DNA of 64,000 nucleotides from Octopus vulgaris (GCA_951406725.2 OX597834.1:15500001-15564000); one strand, 5' to 3'; positions 11,236 to 27,886 are shown, counted from the first letter of the stretch. Numbers and translations: made by a program. Notes: generated by a model from the letters alone, not told the origin.

Positions 11236-12201
11236 ATACATGCAATGGAAGTGAAAAGCCTTGTATACCAGAGGCTCTTCTCTTTCAGAGCTGACCTGAA
11301 GAAAGAAGGGATGAAACAACAACAACATCAACAACAACGCAACATAATATTCAACATTCAAACTAATTAAATCATTTTTAAGACGAAACATTTACAAAAC
11401 TGAATTTCTGTCACTTCTTCAGCCAATTTGCATTCATCTCTAGCTTCTGTTAGAATCATTCTTGGATTCCAGTAGCATCTGCTATTCCTATTTAACCTCC
11501 TTTATTCCCATTAAGAAATTTACGGTGGCGGCTTCTTTGTTCGACGCTCTCCACTCACTCAATGTTATTGACATCTGAGCTGAGACCACGAATTTATACA
11601 ATGTCAAACCGAACAGCCTCAACCAATGTCTTTGCTTCTCTATGCAAATCAAAACGTTATATATTCAGGAAAACGCAGCAGAAATTAAACGAATAAACAA
11701 GGATTGATTTAAGTAACGAATAATCTCAAGTTTGATTATAACAGACAAGGCTTTTCAGTAAGATTAACGTAAAACGGATTAAAGAGACATCAGATTGAAA
11801 TGTTACAACAACATGTCAGATATTCTGACCAAACACCGCCTCGATAAATTTTTCGTATGTTCTATAGCTAGGTTTACGCAGTAAAAGCAAAATACTTGAG
11901 CCGGGGAAAGATTTACGCTTGAAACTACGAAACTACGGCGATATATTGATAAGTTTATATGAAATTGACTCTGTGACGTTCGCATCCTTTAGTCAAACGT
12001 AATCTATTTTATTTCCCACAGGTTTTCCCTCCATATGGAATTCCCCGATTCCGTGAGCTTTTGTTTAGTTCGGTTGTCTTCGTATTTGGTTTTGCTTTGT
12101 TGTACGATTGCATGGTTTCTTTTACACTAACGCATACACATATATACGTGCATATGTATATACATGCTCAGGCACATAAACATTATGCACGTTTCTACAC
12201 T

Positions 12202-12232
<31 letters not shown>

Positions 12233-12263
12233 AAATATATAGATAAAAATATATATATAAATG

Positions 12264-12341
<78 letters not shown>

Positions 12342-12355
12342 TATATTTATAGAAG

Positions 12356-12408
12356 GAGCTTCTACAGGACTAGAACTGTTTCATTCAGATGAAATCTTCA
12401 GGAAGCTC
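12356..12408 (-). ncRNA. Type I hammerhead ribozyme motif, mirror copy
   Basis: Reverse complement reads gagcttc CUGAAGA tttcatctgaat GAAAcag ttctagtc ctGUA gaagctc, with a perfect 7-bp stem I. Confidence 0.75.
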
Positions 12409-12409
12409 A

Positions 12410-12464
12410 GGGGCTTCCTGAAGATTTCATCTGAATGAAACAGTTCTAGTCCTGTAGAAGCTCC
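12410..12464 (+). ncRNA. Type I hammerhead ribozyme motif
   Basis: Stem I ggggcttc/gaagctcc; core CUGAAGA (12418-24); stem II ttc-atct-gaa with a U.U closing pair; GAAA (12437-40); stem III acag/ctgt; GUA triplet with predicted cut after 12456. Confidence 0.75.
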
Positions 12465-12544
12465 TTCTATAAAATAAATTACTTTACTCTGCTCTGTATT
12501 GAGTACCTTATTTACTGTGGTTAACCCCGACTCAACCCGGGACC

Positions 12545-12612
<68 letters not shown>

Positions 12613-12618
<6 letters not shown>

Positions 12619-13200
12619 TGTATATATATATATACATACATATATATATAAATATGTATATATGTATATACATACATATATATATATAAATATGTATATA
12701 TGTATATACATACATATATATATATAAATATGTATATATGTATATACATACATATATATATATAAATATGTATATATGTATATACATACATATATATATA
12801 TAAATATGTATATATGTATATACATACATATATATATATAAATATGTATATATGTATATACATACATATATATATATAAATATGTATATATGTATATACA
12901 TACATATATATATATAAATATGTATATATGTATATACATACATATATATATAAATATGTATATATGTATATACATACATATATATATAAATATGTATATA
13001 TGTATATACATACATATATATATAAATATGTATATATGTATATACATACATATATATATAAATATGTATATATGTATATACATACATATATATATAAATA
13101 TGTATATATGTATATACATACATATATATATAAATATGTATATATGTATATACATACATATATATATATATAAATATGTATATATGTATATACATACATA
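12613..13200. repeat. 36-38-bp higher-order AT-rich minisatellite, ~16 copies
   Basis: Unit aaatatgtatatatgtatatacatacatatatatat(at). Confidence 0.9.
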
Positions 13201-13234
13201 TGCATAGAAATATGTATATATACACACACACATG

Positions 13235-13299
<65 letters not shown>

Positions 13300-13559
13300 G
13301 TGTTTGCTTGTGTGTGTGTGTGTTTTCCCAAAAATATCAATTACTTCTAAAATAGGCTCTTGAGAAGCACTCTAAACATTTTTTGTGTTTTTCGAATATA
13401 TAATTCTGGTCAGAAATCCTCAGAGGTGATCGCCATAGAAATTTAATTAGCGAAATTTAATTAAGAATGTAATGAGGTAAGGGGCAGAGTAATCCCTAAC
13501 AATAGAATGCAAATACTTGTGTGTGTGTGTGTATGCTTGCGTGTGTGTGGTGTGTGTGT

Positions 13560-13765
13560 AGGCGCGTGGCTTCGTGGTAAGGGTTTTACTGTCAGGATCG
13601 TAAGATTCGCGAACCGGGGAACGCGTAGTGTTCTTGAGCAAGATACTTCATTTCTCTTTTACTGCAGACTACTCAGCTGGCAAAAATGTGTAACTACAGT
13701 CTAGGTGGGGACTTATACGGCATAGAAACCGGGAACCCGGCCCTTATTTTGAGTCGGTATGACTC
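13560..13765 (+). mobile_element. Diverged SINE family B with an alternative tail
   Basis: ggcgcgtggcttcgtggtaaggg...ttcttgagcaagatacttcatttc...gaaaccgggaacccgg; tail matches the reverse complement of 59440-59470. Confidence 0.65.
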
Positions 13766-13883
13766 GAGAATCTAACATTCTCTTTACTTATGAATATGAG
13801 TGTACCTCTCTCTCTCTCTCTCTTTCCCTCTCTCTCCCTCTCTCTCTCTCCCAGTCTCTGTCTTTCTTTCTCCACCTATATAT

Positions 13884-14252
13884 AGGCGTGGCTAAGTGGT
13901 AATATATTTGCTTCCCAACCACATGGTTCCGGGTTCAGTCCCACTGCGTGGAAAAATGGGCAAATGTCCTCTGCTATAGCCTCGGGCTGAGTAATCCCTT
14001 GTGAGTGGATTTGGTAGACGGAAACTGAAAGAAGCCCATCGTATATATGTGTGTGTCTTTGTCTGTCTGTGTTTGTCCGCCACCATCGCTTCATAACTGA
14101 TGTTGGTGTGTTTAAGTTTGCGTAAGTTAGCGTTTCGGCAAAAAGGACCGATAGAACAAGTGCTAGGCCTACAAAGAATAGGTCCTGCAGTCGATTTGTT
14201 CGACTAATGGCGGTGCTCCAACATGGCCGCAGTCAAATGACTGAAACATGTA
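13884..14252 (+). mobile_element. Full-length SINE family A
   Basis: Homologous to 322-778 over its whole length. Confidence 0.85.
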
Positions 14253-14259
14253 TAAAGAG

Positions 14260-14436
14260 GCGATTTTCTTTCTCCGTCTTCCCTTCTTTGGACCTTTCCT
14301 TTTTCTATGTTTCTGAGAAAGAGCTCCGCTCGAAACATTAAATCCTCCTTCTTTCTTTCATTTCCTGAGCGCCCAATAACACTATATTTGTTCCAAGTCC
14401 TCGCGTTGTGTTTTCTCTTTGTTCGTGTTTGGAGTA
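14260..14436 (+). mobile_element. Penelope-like pLTR fragment with a degenerate hammerhead-like motif
   Basis: ctgagaaagagctccgctcgaaac; homologous to 47540-47710. Confidence 0.55.
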
Positions 14437-14437
14437 A

Positions 14438-14512
<75 letters not shown>

Positions 14513-15723
14513 CAGGGGTTGGACAAAATAATGGAAACACCTTAAAATCCCTAACAAATTTATTTTAATATGGGGTAGGACCACCTTTGGCAGTAATTAC
14601 AGCTTGAATTCTACAAGGTATGAACCTGTACAAGGTTTGAATTGTTTCCAAAGGAATTTTTGTCCATTCGTCAGCTAAAACAGTCTCCAGTTCTTGTAGT
14701 GAGAATGGTGGAAGATATCGAATCTAAAATGTACCATAAATGTTCAATAATATTGAGATCTGGGGACTATGGTGGCCACATAAGACATTCAACTTAACTA
14801 GAATGTTCATCGTGCCATTCAGTAACAAATTTAGCTGCGTGAATTGGTGCATTATTATCCTGAAAGACTACGTTTCCCTCCTAAAAGAGTTCCGCAACCA
14901 TAGGGTGAATTTGATTAGATAAAATGCTTAAATAGTCTTGACTACTAATTCTGTCATGTAGGGAAAATATTGAGCGGGCAGTGTACCAAGATATAGCCCC
15001 TCAGAACATCGCAGATCCTCTACTTTTAACAGTTGGAAGAAGTCAGCCTGGGTCAAATGCGTCTTTTGGCTGTCTCCACACGTATACTCGGCCGGTGATC
15101 GGAAATAAGTTAAAGGATGACTCATCCGAGAAAATACTATTCTTCCACTATTCTAGGGACCAATTCTGTAGGTTTTCATTCCACTCTAAACGCTTTGCAA
15201 TGCTTGCTTTTGAAAGTGAAATCCGGCTTTGTGAAGCTCCTGGCGAACGGTTTTTGTGGAAACTGTGTTCTGGAGGTAGTCATTAAGCTCTGCAGTAATT
15301 TTTGGAGCTGTACTTTTGTGATTCTTTCTAACAATTCGCATAAAAGTCCGACGATCTCTATCCCAAAGTCTTGGTTCTCTTCCGGAGTTTTGTTTCTCCT
15401 TCGTTCTGAAAGGCTGTCATTACTTTCGAGACAGTACTTGATACACCAAACATTTTTTGGCTATTTTCATTACGCTAGCGCCAGCCATACGAGCAACAAC
15501 AATTTTACCTCTTTGAAAGTGCGCTAGATCTGCCATTTTAACCAATTTTAATTTCCTTTTTCTGATGATATCTGAAAGGAAACAGCAATTTTAGCAAAAA
15601 AAAAATTAAGCAACGCTAATGATAAATCAAAAACATAAAAATAAACAAGCTTTTGACAGTATTATAGATATTTCAAATTTATAATGCTAAGATGCAAGGT
15701 GTTTCCATTAATTTGTCCAACCC

Positions 15724-15726
<3 letters not shown>
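14513..15726 (-). mobile_element. Tc1-family DNA transposon with both ends and a decayed transposase
   Basis: 31-bp TIRs caggggttggacaaa(a/t)taatggaaacacctt with TA duplications; minus strand gives MADLAHFQRGKIVVARMAGASV from 15536 and WPP*SPDLNIIEHLW near 14735-14780. Confidence 0.92.
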
Positions 15727-15789
<63 letters not shown>

Positions 15790-16194
15790 TATGTGTGTGT
15801 ATGTATGTATTATATGTATATATACGTATGTATGTGTATGTATGTATGTATATGTATATATACGTATGTATGCATATATATATATGTATGTATGTATGTA
15901 TATATACGTATGTATGTATATATATATGTATGTATGTATATATATATGTATGTATGTATATATATGTATATATATGTATGTATATATATATGTATGTATA
16001 TATATATATATGCATGTATATATATATATATATATATATGCATGAAGGTATGTATATATATATATATGCATGAAGGTATGTATATATATATGCATGAATG
16101 TATGTATATATATATGTATGTATGCATGCATATATGTGTATGTACATATATATCTATGTATGTATGTATGTTTATATATCTATGCATATATTTT

Positions 16195-16234
<40 letters not shown>

Positions 16235-16594
16235 CATACGCAAAAGGCGTGTGCCAGCATCTATTAAGATCAATTTCACGTCACAAGACAATATTCAACA
16301 AGGAAACGTCCGTTGATTTCTTTCCACAGACTCGAATATTAAAATAAATGAACACATTTTATGTTAATGTCCTCGTCTTGCTTGTCTCTTCCTTTAGCCA
16401 CCAGATGTCTCTGCTCACTAAATACGCCATTAACACGTATCTATGCATAATCTATGGTAATTCGAGAGTTGTCAGTTCTTATTAGCAATCTTGTTAGTAT
16501 GAAATGAAGTTGGAATGCGTTGTGTGTGCGTACGTGCGTTTGTGCGCATGCGTGTATGTTTTTATAGATGTATGTACGTATATCCGTACATATA

Positions 16595-16643
<49 letters not shown>

Positions 16644-16879
16644 TTATGTGTTTATGTATGTATGTATATATATGTATGTATTTATGTGTTTATGTATGTA
16701 TGTATATATATGTATATGTATATAAAAAGAGAGATACATTCGGAATAATAATATATAGATAGATGGATGGTTAGAGAGTCTTTTAGTATGTATACCCATT
16801 TATATATATGTATATGCATATATATATATATATATATGTATATATATGTATATATATATATATATGTATATATACGTAC

Positions 16880-16913
<34 letters not shown>

Positions 16914-17300
16914 GTATGTATATATATGTACATATATACATATGTATAAATATATGTACATACATACATATGTATAAATATATGTACATACATACATATA
17001 TATAAATATATGTATATACATACATATGTATATATATATGTATATATACATATGTATGAATATATATGTACATATATATATATATATGCATATATATGTA
17101 TATATATGTTTATATGTACACACACATACATATATATATATGTATATATTTATACATGTATACACATATAACATCTATATGTATATCTATATACATGTAT
17201 ACATATAGAACTTCTATATATACATGTATATTTACATATATATATATATGCATATATATATATATATTATATATATATATTCATATATATATTATATTAG
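15727..17300. repeat. Degenerate (TA)n/(TATG)n microsatellite fields
   Basis: Direct inspection; unique sequence interrupts at ~16230-16520. Confidence 0.85.
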
Positions 17301-17637
17301 TGTGTGTATGTAAGTGTGGATGCGTATCTATAATGGCTGCTGGCATCAGGCTGGTGTGAAATGCAATTAAACATAAAACACCGCTGAATACCCTTATGTA
17401 GATTGGAATCACGTGTGTGTATGTGTGTATACATAAGTATAGAGACATCTAAATATATTTACTTAGGTAGATAGTTAGATAGATACATAGTTAGATAGAT
17501 ACATCCACACATCCACACATATATACATACAAACATACATACATAAATACATACATATATACATTGATTGACTTATTGATTGATTTATTGATTGAATGCT
17601 TGATCGATTGATTGACAGATACTTACATATACTTATG

Positions 17638-17668
<31 letters not shown>

Positions 17669-18086
17669 GCATAATTATATCAAAATATGTAGATATATGT
17701 GTAAGTACAACGATATATACATAACTACATACATTTTCCTAATATCTCTCTTCTGATGTTTAAATAGATGCCTCGGTTTGTTTTCTTGATGTTTTCGTAT
17801 TCCCCGTTTTCCCGACTCGTGGTAAGGTTTAGATTTTTCGATTATTGCCCTCTAAATGTTGGAAAGAAGAAGTCTGTGAGGCCTGGCATTATCGATCTGG
17901 GTGAACCGTCAGCGAGGGTTTTATTACAGAGCAATCTTCCCTAATGTTGTCATGCACCTTTCACGTTGGCACCATCGGTACACCCCCAACTAAATATTCA
18001 CAACTGTCTTCAAAGTTTGAAAGTGGTTAATTCATCTCTTATGTTTTAGGTTGGAATGGAAGTTAGCTTTGTGATTCTTAATGGAT

Positions 18087-18469
18087 GGAAGCACTCCGTC
18101 GGTTACGACGACGAGGGTTCCGGTTGATCCGAATCAACAGAACAGCCTGCTCGTGAAATTAACGTGTTAAGTGGCTGAGCACTCCACATACACGTGTACC
18201 CTTAACGTAGTTCTCGGGGATATTCAGCGTGACACAGAGAGTGACAAGGCCGGCCCTTTGAAATACTGGTACAACAGAAACAGGAAGTAAGAGTGAGAGA
18301 AAGTTGTGGTGAAAGAGTACAGCAGGGATCACCACCATCCCCTGCCGGAGCCTCGTGGAGCTTTAGGTGTTTTCGCTCAATAAACACTCACAACGCCCGG
18401 TCTGGGAATCGAAACCGCGATCCTATGACCGCGAGTCCGCTGCCCTAACCACTGGGCCATTGCGCCTCC
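18087..18469 (-). mobile_element. Full-length SINE family C with the B-type tail
   Basis: Minus strand ggaggcgcaatggcccagtggttagggcagcggactcgcggtc...gtttcgattcccagaccggg, followed by the tail seen at 10950-11125. Confidence 0.85.
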
Positions 18470-18496
18470 GATTCTTAATATCAACATATGGTCTAA

Positions 18497-18949
18497 GGTT
18501 GCGAGCAGGCAGATTCGTTAGCAAGCCGGGAAAAATGTTGAACGACAGTTCGTCCGGCTTTACGTTCTGAGTTCAAAATTCCTTTTGGTTGCCGATCATC
18601 TCGACCTCATAGCGCTGAAAAATGGGCTCAGTGCTGAGCAGTACTTCACACACTGAAATCATATTCTTTTCTGCTCTAGGCACCAAGTCCGGAATTTGTG
18701 GGGAAGGGGCCAGTCGACTATATCGACTCCAGAATGCAACTGGTACTTAATTTATCAACCCCGAAAGGATGAAAAGCAAAGTTGACCTCGACGGAATTTG
18801 AACCCAGAACGTAAAGACACGAAATAACGCTAAGCTCGCTGCCTCTTACTGGAACGTAGATAAACCAACGTCGGTTGTGAAGCGGTGGTGGTGGTGGGGG
18901 ACAAACACAAAGACAGATATAAATATGTAGATATATATACATGTGTGTA

Positions 18950-18981
<32 letters not shown>

Positions 18982-19100
18982 CACACACATACATGTATGT
19001 ATATATATACATATATACATAAGTGTGTATATATATGTATATATATACAAAAGGCGTCTTTCAGTTTCTGTCTACCAAATCTACTAACGAGACTTTGATC
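18497..19100. mobile_element. SINE family D pieces (18497-18580 +, 18665-18845 -) and a partial family A copy (-)
   Basis: Homologous to 35865-36250 and to family A. Confidence 0.7.
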
Positions 19101-19446
19101 GGAATATATTAGTATATATGTGTGTGCATGCATATATATGTATATATGCATATATATACACATACATATATATATATGTATATATATATATATAATAGAA
19201 ATATTAAAATTACTAAGTCTCTCTAAAAGAGAACAACGGCAGCGTTCCCGGAAAATATTAGTTATCGCCATACTAGAATATTAGAATGCCATATTAGTAT
19301 GGCGATAACTAATATATATATATATATATACATATGTAGATATATATGTAGATATATATGTATATACGTATGTAGGTATATATATGTGTGTGTGTGAGAG
19401 TGTGTGTGTGTGTGTGTGCATGTGTATGAACATATATGTATATGGG

Positions 19447-20074
19447 TGGAGGCGCATTGGTTAGGACAGCGGTAACATGATCGTAGGATTGCGGGCGTTT
19501 TCAGTGTTTATTGAGCGAAAACACCTAAAGCTCCACCACAACTTTCACCAAAACGTTCTCTCACTCTTTCTTCTTGCATTTCAAAAGGCCAACCATGCCA
19601 CACTCTGTGTCACGCTGAATCGCCCGAGAACTACGGTATGGGTACACGTGTCTGGAGAGTGCTCAGCCACTTGTACTCTTTTACTCTTTTACTTGTTTCA
19701 GTCATTTGACTGCGGCCATGCTGGAGCACCGCCTTTAATCAAGCAACTCGACCCCGGGACTTATTCTTTTGTAAGCCCAGTAATTATTCTATTGGTCTCT
19801 TTTTGCCGAACCGCTAAGTGACGAGGACGTAAACACACCAGCATCGGTTGTCAAGCAATGCTAGGGAGACAAACACAGGCACACAAACACACACACACAC
19901 ATATATATATATACATATATACGACGGGCTTCTTTGAGTTTCCGTCTACCAAATCCACTCACAAGGCATTGATCGGCCCGGGGCTATAGCAGAAGACACT
20001 CGCCCAAGATGGGACTGAACCCGGAACCATGTGGTTGGTTAGCAAGCTACTTACCACAGAGCCACTCCTGCGCC

Positions 20075-20075
<1 letters not shown>
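19447..20075. mobile_element. Partial family C SINE (+, 19447-19675) next to a full family A SINE (-, 19676-20075)
   Basis: Homologous to other copies in the window. Confidence 0.8.
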
Positions 20076-20120
<45 letters not shown>

Positions 20121-20123
<3 letters not shown>

Positions 20124-20425
20124 AGGCGCAATGGCCTGGTGGTTAGGGCAGCGGACTCGCGGTCGTAGGATCGCGGTTTCGTTTCTCAGACCGGGCGTTG
20201 TGAATGTTTATTGAGCGAAAACACCTAAAGCTCCACGAGGCTCCGGCAGGGGGTGGTGATCCCTGCTGTACTCTTTCACCACTCTTTCTCCCACACTTTC
20301 TTCTGTTGGCCTGCTCGCTTAGCCAGCGGGGTGGCGTCATTCAAAGGTTAAAAACAATGCGAACGCATTGTGACCAGCGATGTGTAGCAACATCTGATGG
20401 TCTGATCTGTCACGTGATCACGTGA
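20121..20425 (+). mobile_element. SINE family C with a second tail type ending gtcacgtgatcacgtga
   Basis: Same head as 18087-18469; tail also at 21850-21940, 32912-33000 (-) and 50290-50390 (-). Confidence 0.85.
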
Positions 20426-20601
20426 TATATATATATACACACATATATATATATATAGTCTGAGAAAGGCAAGAAACCCAAAATTTTGAATTCAGTGTCA
20501 GCATTTCCTAGTAAAGGTTTAATAAACTTATACACTGTGTAATCATTCAATATATTATGTTAAACTTTTGTGTATGCAACTTAGCATTAAAAACATTGAT
20601 A

Positions 20602-20651
<50 letters not shown>

Positions 20652-20877
20652 ATATATATATTATTAACAGATAGATAAATACAAACATACATACATACAT
20701 ACATACATACATACATACATACATAGAGATACATAGATATATAAACATATAATCTTTTATTCTTTTACTTGTCTCGTTCATTACACTGCGGCCATCCTGG
20801 AGCACCACATTTAGTCAAACATATCAGCCCCGTGACTTGTTCTTTGTAAGCCTAGTATACTTATATAGAACAAATGG

Positions 20878-20908
<31 letters not shown>

Positions 20909-20915
20909 ATGAATG

Positions 20916-20959
<44 letters not shown>

Positions 20960-20968
20960 TGCGCACAC

Positions 20969-21013
<45 letters not shown>

Positions 21014-21016
21014 ATG

Positions 21017-21055
<39 letters not shown>

Positions 21056-21661
21056 TTTCGGTAATATTACATACGAAAAAAATGTTGCTGCACGGGCGTA
21101 TTTTCTTGCAAGAATATGTAAATTCGGAACTTTGTTTGATGGATGTCATGTGGTGGTGTAAGCTGTATTGGAAAGGGTTAGCGCAATATGGAAATCTTAA
21201 CTCTTTTATCGGATTGATAAGGTCGGATTCGATGTTTCTCGGGGTCACTGAAGACGACCTTATCAATATGAAATGCAGATAAATTTTGTATTAACACTGT
21301 TGAGATGAATTGAATGAAAATATTATGAGTACGAACCGATGTTGTCTGTGTCCTGAATATTTATCAGAAGTGAACAGATGGAAAAAATGTATGATAAATA
21401 TATAAGTGTCTAGTGACCACGTAAGTTGATTATTGGCATGTATATTTTTGTATATCTGAGTATGTCGATACGTCGCTAAATACGTGCGGTGGCGTCCGTG
21501 TGAGTGTGTGTGTGTATTTACATTTATGTGTGTATATGTGAGTAACATACATTATACGTTTCAGGCCCTAAGGTCGTAGTGAAGCGAGACACCGCTAGTG
21601 AACATGTGTGTGTGTGTGTGGTTTTTGTGCGTTTATATATATATATACACACACACACGTG

Positions 21662-21940
21662 CAGGCGCAATGGCCTAGTGATAAGGGCAGCGGACTCGCG
21701 GTCGCAGGATCGCGATTTCGATTCCCAGACCGGGCGTAGTGAGTGTTTATTGAGCGAAAACACCTAAAAGTTCCACGAGGCTCCGGCAGGGGGTGGTGAT
21801 CCCTGCTGTACTCTTTCACCACTCTTTATCCCACTCTTTCTTCTGTTGGCGTCATTCGAAGGCTAAAACAATGCGAACGCATTGTGTCCAGCGATGTGTA
21901 ACAACATGTGATTGTCTGGTCGGTCACGTGATCACGTGAT
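21662..21940 (+). mobile_element. SINE family C, second tail type
   Basis: Closely similar to 20121-20425. Confidence 0.85.
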
Positions 21941-21941
21941 A

Positions 21942-21980
<39 letters not shown>

Positions 21981-22220
21981 GTATGTATTTACACACATAT
22001 ATATATATATCTGTATGTATTTACATATATATATACATATATATATATATATATTTACATATATATATATATATATTTACATATATATATATATATATAT
22101 TTACATATATATATATATATATATTTTAGTCAATTTAGGGTAGCAAAAAAATTCAATAGAAATTTATCGCTACCAGCGGCCTAGTGGAAAGAGAAAATAG
22201 TCAACGACTAAATATATAAA

Positions 22221-22456
22221 TATAACAATTTAGGAGTGACCTTAACAGGCCATTCGTCCACCAGAAAGAGCAGCCATAACTCACACCGCCAAGTAGTAGT
22301 AATTCAGAAATTAGGTGAAAATTTAAAAACTTTTTTTTATTTTTAAATTGTTTTTAAATTTTCACCTAATTTCTGAATTACTACTACTTGGCGGTGTGAG
22401 TTATAATATGCTCTCTGGTGGACGAATGGCTGTTAAATCACTCCTAAATTGTTATA
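22221..22456. repeat. ~110-bp-arm inverted repeat (fold-back)
   Basis: 22221-22330 pairs with 22350-22456; the inner arms are near perfect. Confidence 0.9.
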
Positions 22457-22571
22457 TATATATATATATATATATTCAATTACATATATATATATATATA
22501 ATTACATATATATATATATATATATATAATTACATATATATATATCATATATATATATATATATATATAAT

Positions 22572-22613
<42 letters not shown>

Positions 22614-22635
22614 CATATATATATATCATATATAT

Positions 22636-23736
22636 CATCAAGCACAGCAACATAAAAATCTTTGCAGATGATTCCAAGCTACAGAAGGTCATAAATGAGG
22701 CGAGTGACCGGACATGCCTTCAGTCAGATCTACTGGCTGTTATCCAATGGGCAGAAAAAAACAATATGCTGCTGAACGAGGATAAATTTGAGTTAATCCA
22801 CTTTGGAAAAGAGGATGCCCTGAAACTCCCATACTCCCTTCCTTCAGGTGAAACTCTCGTGGCGTCCAACAACATCAGAGACTTGGGAGTAATTGTGGAC
22901 AACAACATAAGCTGGGCCACTCATATAAACACCACAGTTGACATGGCCCGCAGAATGTGTTCCTGGATTCTCAGAACTTTCCAGTCGAGAGATATCCACA
23001 CCATTATCCTTCTCTTCTCCACTTTTGCCCGACCCCACCTTGAATACTGTTGTCCACTGTGGTCTCCCCACACAATACAAAGTATCATAAAGGTTGAAGC
23101 ACCTCAAAGGGAAATCACAAAAAAGATAGATGGCATGACAGGCCTCGACTATTGGGGTCGACTAGAAAAGCTAAAACTTTATTCTCTCCAACGTCGTCGT
23201 GAGCGCTACATCATCTGCATGATGTGGAAAATATTCCATCAGCATTGCCCAAATGATGTTGGCATCACCTTTAAGGTACATCCAAGGCTTGGGCCCCGTG
23301 CTATCCGTCCAAAACAAAAATCGCACTCTCATCTCATAACAACAATACGGCACAATTATTTCACCTCAATTGGCCCCGCCCTCTTTAACATTACACCAAA
23401 ACACATTAAAACAGAAACTGACCCTATTGGGTTCAAGAAGTCTTTGGACAGATTCCTTCAAGAAATCCCGGATAAACCCCCTACACCCGGATATGTCTCT
23501 GTAAACAATACCTCTCTGCTCGAATGGGCCTTGGTGCCCAAATCCTGAACTGAAAGACTTCGCCAAGTGGTGCTATTAAGTTAGACATGGCCTGGGCCAA
23601 TACTGGCCAAAACATTTCTAAGTTATTCTAAGTTATTTATGTATAGATCTATATCTATTAATTTATCTATATATATATAGACATGGCCTGGGCCAATAAT
23701 GGCCGAAACCTATCAAAGTATCAAAGTATCAAAGTA
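22636..23736 (+). mobile_element. 5'-truncated CR1-like LINE: RT C-terminus, 3' UTR and a duplicated 3' terminus
   Basis: In-frame IFADDSKL...QSDLLAVIQWAEKNNMLLNEDKF...RDLGVIVD...RPHLEYCCPLWSPH...LYSLQRRRERY to the stop at 23548; tails (ttctaagtta)n and (tatcaaag)n. Confidence 0.9.
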
Positions 23737-26710
<2,974 letters not shown>

Positions 26711-26809
26711 CAAAAATTTAGATTTAGATGAATTAGGTACTTAAGTTGAGGCACCAGAATTTAGCATGGTATTATCTGTACAGTTTCAAAATAAGGTGAT
26801 TAAAATCAA

Positions 26810-27170
26810 AATAAACAACAAGGATATCCAGGGGTAATGCGGTAAGATCTTCCTAGAAGGTAAGGAGATAGACATATGTCCTTACATTTTTGGACGTTTT
26901 AGGTAAAATTGTACTAATATGTCCTTCTGCTTTGATTTAACTTAATTATATGTCTTTATGCAGCTGAGGATTGCGCTGCATTTAGATTGATATAAGGATT
27001 GCATTGTTCAATTAAATGGAGTTGCTTAAAACGATCTTACTGCATTACCTCTGGATAAACTTGTTGCTTATTTTGATATACAGATGAATATATATAAATA
27101 TATATATATTATCCAGAAGTAATGTAGTAAGATCGTTTTAAGCAACTCCATTTAATTGAACAATGCAATG
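26810..27170. mobile_element. Three alternately oriented pieces of a pLTR-like repeat with a degenerate long-stem-II hammerhead
   Basis: 26815-26850 and 27111-27168 are reverse complements of parts of 26999-27078; atgcag CUGAGGA [long hairpin] aaaac gatc UUA ctgcat at 26958-27045. Confidence 0.55.
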
Positions 27171-27262
27171 CAGACAGGAAGCGTTCGATGCTTCCTAGGG
27201 CTAAACAGCGGTGGTGTAATTCCCATACGAGACTGTCACGTTAAGTTGACAGTATACAACCA

Positions 27263-27361
27263 CTATATATATATATATGTATGTATGTATATATGTATGT
27301 ATGTATGTATGTATATATGTATGAATGTATGTATGTATATATGTAGGTATGTATATATATG

Positions 27362-27393
<32 letters not shown>

Positions 27394-27605
27394 CGCACAC
27401 ATCTATTTGTATGTATATTTATATATACATCTATATATATTTATATATATACATATATACATCCATATGTATATTTATATATATATATATACATTTGTGT
27501 ATATATATACATCTGTATATATATAAGTATATACACACAACTATTTGTATATATATTACATTTGTATATATATGTATGTATATATATGTATATTGTATTT
27601 GTATG

Positions 27606-27642
<37 letters not shown>

Positions 27643-27677
27643 GTAGGTATATATATATATGTATGTATATATATATG

Positions 27678-27712
<35 letters not shown>

Positions 27713-27748
27713 ATATGTATTTATATATATATATATATATATATATAG

Positions 27749-27793
<45 letters not shown>

Positions 27794-27844
27794 ATATATA
27801 TATGTATTTATATATATATATATATACATATATATATCTATATG

Positions 27845-27885
<41 letters not shown>
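27263..27885. repeat. Degenerate (TA)n/(TATG)n microsatellite
   Basis: Direct inspection. Confidence 0.85.

Positions 27886-27886
<1 letters not shown>

Larger units (their letters stand above)
12346..12473. repeat. Perfect 61-bp inverted repeat with a 6-nt spacer, probably a Penelope-like pseudo-LTR fold-back
   Basis: 12346-12406 is the exact reverse complement of 12413-12473; unique tail continues to 12546; embedded in (TA)n. Confidence 0.9.

Noticed and set aside
11240-11660. Possible minus-strand host exons (ttcttcag acceptor at ~11297, gtatgt donor at ~11240)
   Set aside because: The peptides are unrecognisable and splice-like signals alone are insufficient; RNA-seq would be needed.
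17770-18075. Possible decayed Penelope RT fragment on the minus strand
   Set aside because: The resemblance is vague and no motif can be stated with confidence.
18390-18469. tRNA genes at A/B-box-containing heads (also 10807, 20121, 21662, 32063)
   Set aside because: I could not fold complete cloverleaves, and most run directly into SINE bodies.
21213-21267. 13-bp hairpin containing ctgaaga, as a pre-miRNA or hammerhead
   Set aside because: The stem is too short for a pre-miRNA and hammerhead stems I and III cannot be formed.
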